Source: Patescibacteria group bacterium (GTDB lineage Bacteria > Patescibacteriota > Microgenomatia > Curtissbacterales > GWA2-41-24). Taken from it: a stretch of DNA of 64,000 nt. Of the stretch, positions 59,110 to 64,000 are shown in pieces. The first letter of the stretch is position 1, and every line of letters begins with the position of its first letter. The position numbers and the translations under genes were made by a program. The notes under the pieces were generated by a model. That model did no database searches. It was not told the DNA's origin and saw nothing but the letters and a program-made list of their open reading frames with translations. The stretch spans positions 190,921 through 254,920 of the forward strand of contig JBBTUN010000004.1 of assembly GCA_038063735.1 (NCBI GenBank). The letters are read 5' to 3'.

Positions 59110-60471
59110 TTAAATTTCACCTTTTTCTTCGGCCTTTTCAAAATCCTCTATAAGCTTGTCTGAAGTGTATTTCTGTAAACTCGCTGGTAACTCTTCGGGT
59201 GGAATAAACCTCACAGGGACAAATTTGCTTGCAGCTGCAACTGAATTTGACACTGCGCTTCTTATTTCTTTACATTGATCTGAAAGAAACCAACTTAGGT
59301 CTTCTTTTAAAGTTATGTTTTTCTCTTGACCAGTAGCCCCGTATCCCTCGTTAATGTCTACGATACCCAGCACTTTTAATGCCTCCATTTCCTTATGCGC
59401 AGTTGTGTGTGAACAGTTAAGTGTTCCCATAACTTGATTTGTGAGTAGTTCGCCGTTGTTGTCTACAAGAAGTCGAAAAAGGTTTGTTCGGGTCCTAGGA
59501 GCACTGTCAAGAGTCACATCGATGACTAATGCTAGGTCACCTTGGTCAATTTGTCTTCGGCCTGTAGCCACAGAGTGCCCCCTGGCCAAGTTATAAAGCA
59601 GTTGATTTATTCTATCCGGTCTTTCAATAATTGGATCAGAGGACTTATATGATTCTTTGTCCTCCTTAACCCAACGATCTTCCCAAACATTAATCGTCGC
59701 CCTTAGCCTTGCAAGCAGTTTTGCACATCGACCGATAACAACTAAAAATTCCCGCGGGTCCTTAGACTTGTCCCAGTCTATACCGTTAGGTAGAGCATTC
59801 CAGATTTTATCAACGTGTTCTCGCGTAGCAGTTTTGCAAAGCTCCTGCTTTTGCAACCAAGACGCGCTTGTTAGCTGATCTGCTAGCTCATTTTCATCTT
59901 TTTCCTTACTTCTTATTTGGCTAAAAAATAACCTAGAACCAAGATTTCCTGACATTTTCCAGACACGAGGAGGAATCGGTGTAGAACCAGCAAGGAGCAT
60001 AAAGTTATATTCGCCCTTGTAACCTCTTTTGCCGTGTAAACCACTATCAAGTTCTAGTCCCTCACCATCAAGAACCCTGGTTAAAACGCCCAAGTTTTTA
60101 AGAAGATCTTCCTCGCGCTCTCCAAAGATTGTCGCTAAATCACGAATAATCAATACTTTGTTTTTAATTTTAGGCAGTAGATCTATCTCCTCTAGTTTCT
60201 CTTTTTTCACATTAGCTGCGTGAGAAACAAATGAAGCAGGGGTGAAGTTGTCTGTTGTGTAAACCAATTCTGTTAAATCTGAAAACATATTTAAAGTGAT
60301 GGTCTTGCCAGCACTAGGCACGTCGACAAAAACTAACGCAAAAGGGTTTTTAATATCGTTAATTTTCAGCTGTGATATAACACTAAGACCGATCTCGGCA
60401 GGCCTTACGAGATCGGGAAAGTTATTTTCTATTGTCTTAATCCAAGCCGTATATTGGTTTGTATTTTCCAT
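59110..60471 (-). CDS. MCM-like AAA+ ATPase/replicative helicase with C-terminal winged helix
   Basis: Walker A DVPSAGKT, Walker B-like LIIRD, sensor-1 STP, GSR arginine finger, wHTH tail. ATG 60471 has a GGGAG SD. Confidence 0.7.
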   Translation of the reverse strand: MENTNQYTAWIKTIENNFPDLVRPAEIGLSVISQLKINDIKNPFALVFVDVPSAGKTITLNMFSDLTELVYTTDNFTPASFVSHAANVKKEKLEEIDLLPKIKNKVLIIRDLATIFGEREEDLLKNLGVLTRVLDGEGLELDSGLHGKRGYKGEYNFMLLAGSTPIPPRVWKMSGNLGSRLFFSQIRSKEKDENELADQLTSASWLQKQELCKTATREHVDKIWNALPNGIDWDKSKDPREFLVVIGRCAKLLARLRATINVWEDRWVKEDKESYKSSDPIIERPDRINQLLYNLARGHSVATGRRQIDQGDLALVIDVTLDSAPRTRTNLFRLLVDNNGELLTNQVMGTLNCSHTTAHKEMEALKVLGIVDINEGYGATGQEKNITLKEDLSWFLSDQCKEIRSAVSNSVAAASKFVPVRFIPPEELPASLQKYTSDKLIEDFEKAEEKGEI

Positions 60472-60530
60472 AATAAAAACTCCCGTTTCAGGCGGAAACC
60501 CAAACGGGAGCATTTATCCGCCTGAATTTT
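60472..60530 (-). promoter_or_regulatory. Terminator/antiterminator-like RNA switch in ATPase leader
   Basis: Interleaved helices 60480-88/60502-10 (9 bp, followed by a U-tract) and 60487-96/60517-26 (10 bp). Confidence 0.6.
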
Positions 60531-60650
60531 CTTAATGAAATCACGACTAAAGGTTAAAGATCAAAGTTGAAAAGTTAAAAAAACGAGGCTAGTTTTTTCT
60601 GTTATATATTACGACTTATAAAAAATGTAGAAAAAATTAGTATATTGAGA

Positions 60651-61073
60651 TCAATTTAAAACACCGATATTTATAGGAGTTAAATATATCTTTTTATTCT
60701 TAGTTTTTAATTTATAGCCAATCATTTTGAGTTTTTTATTTATATTGATAATTAACTGTTTACCATTGTTGACACCTACTTCTTTTTTAATATCCACAAT
60801 GCTCAAGGTTGTATCTCCTGCGATTTTTAAAATAAATTTACTATGTACTTTGTTTAGGCTAGTAAGTTTCAATTTACCCTTAAGGGTGCTTAAAAACAGC
60901 TTTTTTCTTTGTCCCGGGGTGGTTATAGATTCAATGCTTAAGTTTAAAGCTTTAACTTCTTGCTTTAGTAATTCAATGTCGATAGCTAAACTTTCTAGTG
61001 ATAGATTTTTATAGTTAGCTCCGATAGACATCAAAACAGCTATTTGTGCGGACTTGAATGTATTCTTATCCAT
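60651..61073 (-). CDS. Hypothetical basic protein, possible winged-helix DNA-binding C-terminus
   Basis: 140-aa Lys-rich ORF, coiled-coil N-half, very AT-rich. Confidence 0.55.
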   Translation of the reverse strand: MDKNTFKSAQIAVLMSIGANYKNLSLESLAIDIELLKQEVKALNLSIESITTPGQRKKLFLSTLKGKLKLTSLNKVHSKFILKIAGDTTLSIVDIKKEVGVNNGKQLIININKKLKMIGYKLKTKNKKIYLTPINIGVLN

Positions 61074-61088
61074 ATTTAATCTTGATTT

Positions 61089-61673
61089 TTAAGGCTCATC
61101 GATAGTATCTACAGAATCAAGTGAATCAAGTGCGTCTACCATCTCTTCATAAGTCTCACCTGAATAGTATTTTGCTTTTCTAATGTCACTATTGGCTTGT
61201 TCAATATTATCGTTAGCTTCCTGCAAAGCAGTCTTTAAGTTCCCAACCTGCGTATCTAATTCATCAGCTTCTGATGATATCTCGTCATATTCGTTATACC
61301 AGCCCTTTGCTGTTTTCCCATCATATTCGCCAATCGAACCTAAACCATTTCCTACACTACTTAAAAACCACCAACCAATCAGTAAAGCAATACCGATAAC
61401 AAAAATGAGTACACCCCAGGTGAAACAGATCCCAACAATCTCAAGCGTCTCGTCGCGTTTGTGGACCAGCCAATCTCTAAATCGCCCCTTAGGCACGTTG
61501 CTAATCGTGATGCCAGCCAAAATAATCCAATATACAGGTTTCAAACCATAATTAAATAATAGTGAAAATAATAAAAAAGTGGCCAAAGATAAAAAAGCAA
61601 TCCACTGAAACCAATGGTTAATTGTTTCTTTTTTTGATCGGACAATTGGTCCTGGGTTATCTTTATTATTCAC
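61089..61673 (-). CDS. Hypothetical membrane protein with acidic coiled coil
   Basis: Three TM segments then heptad-rich acidic C-terminus. Confidence 0.7.
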   Translation of the reverse strand: MNNKDNPGPIVRSKKETINHWFQWIAFLSLATFLLFSLLFNYGLKPVYWIILAGITISNVPKGRFRDWLVHKRDETLEIVGICFTWGVLIFVIGIALLIGWWFLSSVGNGLGSIGEYDGKTAKGWYNEYDEISSEADELDTQVGNLKTALQEANDNIEQANSDIRKAKYYSGETYEEMVDALDSLDSVDTIDEP

Positions 61674-61684
61674 TTAATTTACTC

Positions 61685-62299
61685 CTACATACACTTAATC
61701 CCCATTGGGACACCGCCGTTATTCAAGCAATCCATCCTCAAATCGAATTCCAAATCTTTCTGCTTTTTTTCAATGACATCAATTTTAGACTCAAGATCTG
61801 TTGTATCAATACTCTGAACAGGTGTTTCGTAGGTGTAATTATTAGTTGGCTTGCTTTTTTCGGCTAAACCCTGCTCCCTTAAGGATTCAAAGTAAACTAA
61901 ATCTCCCTTATTTAGATCAAGATAAATTGCGAATCCACGAATTGTAGAATTTCTGGATTTTTCAACAAGAAATTTATCAATCTCTGCTTGTGAGTAGTTC
62001 TGCTTGAGTGCGTTCTTCACAAATGGTTCTGTTTTACTCGGATCCAGTTTTTCCCCAAATTTTTCGTACATTTCACTTTTGGATTTGGAGTTAGATGCTG
62101 AATAAACATACGCCGCAACTTTGAATGCCCTATCAGACGGGTCGGGAACTACTAATACGGCTGGAGTGCTATTTTCAGTTACAACCGCTGAAATTGCTTG
62201 ACCGCTCGAGGTTTTGTCGTCTTTTCTCAATATTTGAAATCTCCAAAATACAAAAGCTCCTAGTAATAACGTAATGGCAAGAATAGTGATTGTTTTCAT
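61685..62299 (-). CDS. Hypothetical membrane-anchored/exported protein
   Basis: MKTITILAITLLLGAFVFW signal anchor with AAAGGA SD; C-terminal C-x9-C. Confidence 0.7.
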   Translation of the reverse strand: MKTITILAITLLLGAFVFWRFQILRKDDKTSSGQAISAVVTENSTPAVLVVPDPSDRAFKVAAYVYSASNSKSKSEMYEKFGEKLDPSKTEPFVKNALKQNYSQAEIDKFLVEKSRNSTIRGFAIYLDLNKGDLVYFESLREQGLAEKSKPTNNYTYETPVQSIDTTDLESKIDVIEKKQKDLEFDLRMDCLNNGGVPMGIKCM

Positions 62300-62329
62300 A
62301 ATTCCTTTGATAAACATAAAAAGTGACTA

Positions 62330-63025
62330 TCACCAATAATTGGGTGGGGAGCTACCTAGTATTTTCTCCTCACCATAATTTGATGTCACTTTAACTCCAA
62401 AAATTGGGAATTGAGGATTACCCCTATTAATCGTGCATACGCTTCCATTGATTAGATCTGTTCCGTCACCGTTATTGCTTACTACTTGCCCCCCACCAGA
62501 ACTAGATTCGACAAACTTACATTTTTGAAGATTCTTATTGGCATTTATTGTCACAGTATTGCCATCAGTAGTCATACTTGCTTCAAATGTGGAATTATCA
62601 GGAGATGATGTCGGGCTTGGGTTAGGTGATGAACTGCTGCTCGGGGTAGGGCTTGCACTTTGTGTATTATTTGAATCCTGAGAATTGCTGGCTGAGTTTG
62701 AGGTAGCGTTATTGTTGCCGTTACTGGTCTGATTATTGTTTGTCTGGTTATTCGGTGAAATAGATGGGGTTGGAGATTTTTTGTTTAAAATTGGGCTTGA
62801 GGTCGGGCTTGGGTTTGTATTTTGAGTTGATAATCCTGCAACCTCTCCGTTAATGTTCTCAGGCACATTGGTTTCTACAATTTCCTGTTTGTTTTTATGT
62901 GATATAGAGTTGTAAAGAAAAATTCCACTAGGAATCGTGCCGATGCTAATTAGAAATGCAAGGACAAACAGTTTAGCCTTGATTCCCAGTTCAAGGAAAT
63001 AACTTTTTAATTTCAAAATAGACAT
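62330..63025 (-). CDS. Hypothetical membrane-anchored protein with S/T/P/N-rich linker
   Basis: N-terminal TM, GEVAG segment, long SPTPS/NNQ low-complexity linker, small beta-rich C-domain with two Cys. Confidence 0.75.
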   Translation of the reverse strand: MSILKLKSYFLELGIKAKLFVLAFLISIGTIPSGIFLYNSISHKNKQEIVETNVPENINGEVAGLSTQNTNPSPTSSPILNKKSPTPSISPNNQTNNNQTSNGNNNATSNSASNSQDSNNTQSASPTPSSSSSPNPSPTSSPDNSTFEASMTTDGNTVTINANKNLQKCKFVESSSGGGQVVSNNGDGTDLINGSVCTINRGNPQFPIFGVKVTSNYGEEKILGSSPPNYW

Positions 63026-63065
63026 ATTTGTTTATTGGGGCAGAAGAAATGGCAGGAGATTTTGT

Positions 63066-63095
63066 ATTATAGGTTTAAACCAACCTAAAATGCAA
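63066..63095 (-). promoter_or_regulatory. Leftward promoter TTGCAT-18-TATAAT for the cargo operon
   Basis: Read on the minus strand 40 nt upstream of ATG 63025. Confidence 0.65.
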
Positions 63096-63103
63096 GTAGT
63101 AGT

Positions 63104-63153
63104 TTGGCACGGATGCCAAAGACATTTTTGCTCCAATTTGGCATAAATGCCAA
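63104..63153. promoter_or_regulatory. Two palindromic operators TTGGCA-N4-TGCCAA
   Basis: ttggca-cgga-tgccaa 63104-63119 and ttggca-taaa-tgccaa 63138-63153. Confidence 0.8.
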
Positions 63154-63155
63154 TG

Positions 63156-63383
63156 ATGGCAATAAAAGTTGACGAAAGAGCTGTTAAAAAGCAGTTTGGG
63201 GCTAAATTAAGGCAGTTAAGGCAAGACAGGAAGCTTTCACAAGAGGGAGTGGCACTTGAGGCAGGACTAGACTTAACAACTATTAACGAAATAGAAATGG
63301 GAAGCCGAAACCCCTCTCTATTAACTATAGCTAAAATTTCAAAAGCCTTAGGGGTTAAGATTAAAGATGTTTTCTCTTTTTGA
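63156..63383 (+). CDS. XRE-family HTH regulator resembling restriction-modification controller (C) proteins
   Basis: FGAKLRQLR..RKLSQE.VA..AGLD.T.I..IE.G.RNPSL.TI.KI.KAL; ATG options 63147/63153/63156. Confidence 0.88.
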   Translation: MAIKVDERAVKKQFGAKLRQLRQDRKLSQEGVALEAGLDLTTINEIEMGSRNPSLLTIAKISKALGVKIKDVFSF

Positions 63384-63408
63384 GGAGATTTTTAAGCATT
63401 ATCTAGAT

Positions 63409-63714
63409 TTATTCATCATTTTGCTTAGGTATGTAGATCACAGGCATACTAAATAATTCAGCTTGCGATGTTAAATCCGTTGACTGTTTGGGCATACCGT
63501 CCATACGGTTCATTATCTCTTTCATAGCACTCACATTTCCTTTTAAAGCCTGATTCACCAAGCTTTTGGCAACTAACTCTTTTATACTCTCTCCGCTGTT
63601 TACTTTTTTCTCTACTGCTTCCTGAAGAGTGCCCAACCACGACCAATCACGCTTTGGCGCTCCCTTGAGATTCCCACTTTGTCCTTTTCGGAATGATGTT
63701 GAAGATATAGCCAT
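63409..63714 (-). CDS. DUF5681-domain protein, terminase small subunit-like
   Basis: FRKGQSGN.KG.PK and A.KGN..A.KEI.NR.DG motifs. Confidence 0.75.
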   Translation of the reverse strand: MAISSTSFRKGQSGNLKGAPKRDWSWLGTLQEAVEKKVNSGESIKELVAKSLVNQALKGNVSAMKEIMNRMDGMPKQSTDLTSQAELFSMPVIYIPKQNDE

Positions 63715-63719
63715 ATGAG

Positions 63720-63741
63720 CCCTGTTATTTCCCTGTTATTT
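63720..63741. repeat. Tandem direct repeat CCCTGTTATTT x2
   Basis: Read directly upstream of the TerS-like gene. Confidence 0.8.
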
Positions 63742-63902
63742 GTTCGTATTTATTTAGCTTTATTATACTGGATATGAGGAATGGGTGACAGTATTGACTG
63801 TGTGTACTCAACTTGTACACGCTTATGTTGTTTTGTGCGAGATAAAAGTGGGCAACATTTTCTGTTGAAGTAAGTTTATAATGTATAATCTGCATTAGAT
63901 TT

Positions 63903-64000
63903 ATGCCAAGAGACGATTTCCCAATAGGTTTACAGCGAATAATAGGGCAGATACGTTACAGGCCAACCCTAACTTCATTTCAGGCTGTCACAGAAGCTGC
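63903..64000 (+). CDS. Start of an ORF running off the window
   Basis: MPRDDFPIGLQRIIGQIRYRPTLTSFQAVTEA..., open to the end; TATAAT boxes at 63877 and 63884. Confidence 0.5.
   Translation, partial: MPRDDFPIGLQRIIGQIRYRPTLTSFQAVTEA

Larger units (their letters stand above)
57807..64000. mobile_element. Integrated phage-satellite-like/integrative element downstream of ftsZ (right end outside window)
   Basis: Tyrosine integrase, MCM-like ATPase, XRE regulator, DUF5681 TerS-like gene; gene orientation switches relative to the dcw cluster. Confidence 0.8.

Noticed and set aside
62610-62830. Repeats in the S/T/P/N-rich stretch
   Set aside because: Codon-level low complexity of a protein linker, not a DNA repeat array.
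63104-63119. Sigma54 promoter (TGGCAC)
   Set aside because: No TTGC at -12; the site is a repeated palindrome better explained as an operator.

Overview
Bacterial chromosomal window in genetic code 11 that most resembles a Patescibacteria/CPR genome of the Microgenomates group. The taxonomy is inferred from gene content, mostly SD-less starts and short RsmH/MurF/RecO; it is not database-verified. Four blocks: (1) 1-30.2 kb, a large surface-glycan locus with about 7 GT-C/YfhO-type membrane glycosyltransferases, 6 GT4, 4 GT2, a Wzx-like flippase, an O-antigen-ligase-like protein, ManC, a priming transferase, methyl- and acetyltransferases and DUF4012. (2) 30.2-35.3 kb, recO, glyQS and an orphan PurF-like gene. 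(3) 35.3-57.8 kb, an expanded dcw cluster from mraZ to ftsZ holding the whole cytoplasmic peptidoglycan pathway, with a GlmU(N-domain)-MurC fusion, an Asp-type MurA and an alr carrying an in-frame TAG. (4) 57.8 kb to the end, an integrated satellite-like element with a Xer-type integrase, an MCM-like ATPase, membrane cargo, a C-protein-like regulator with paired operators and a DUF5681 TerS-like gene. The strongest novel signal is around the integrase. Two sequence motifs from its leader (a hairpin loop CTCGCAA and the anti-SD strand) recur in swapped order after its stop codon, so the convergent transcript would form a kissing-loop antisense RNA able to open the integrase ribosome-binding site. 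A second terminator/antiterminator switch precedes the ATPase gene.
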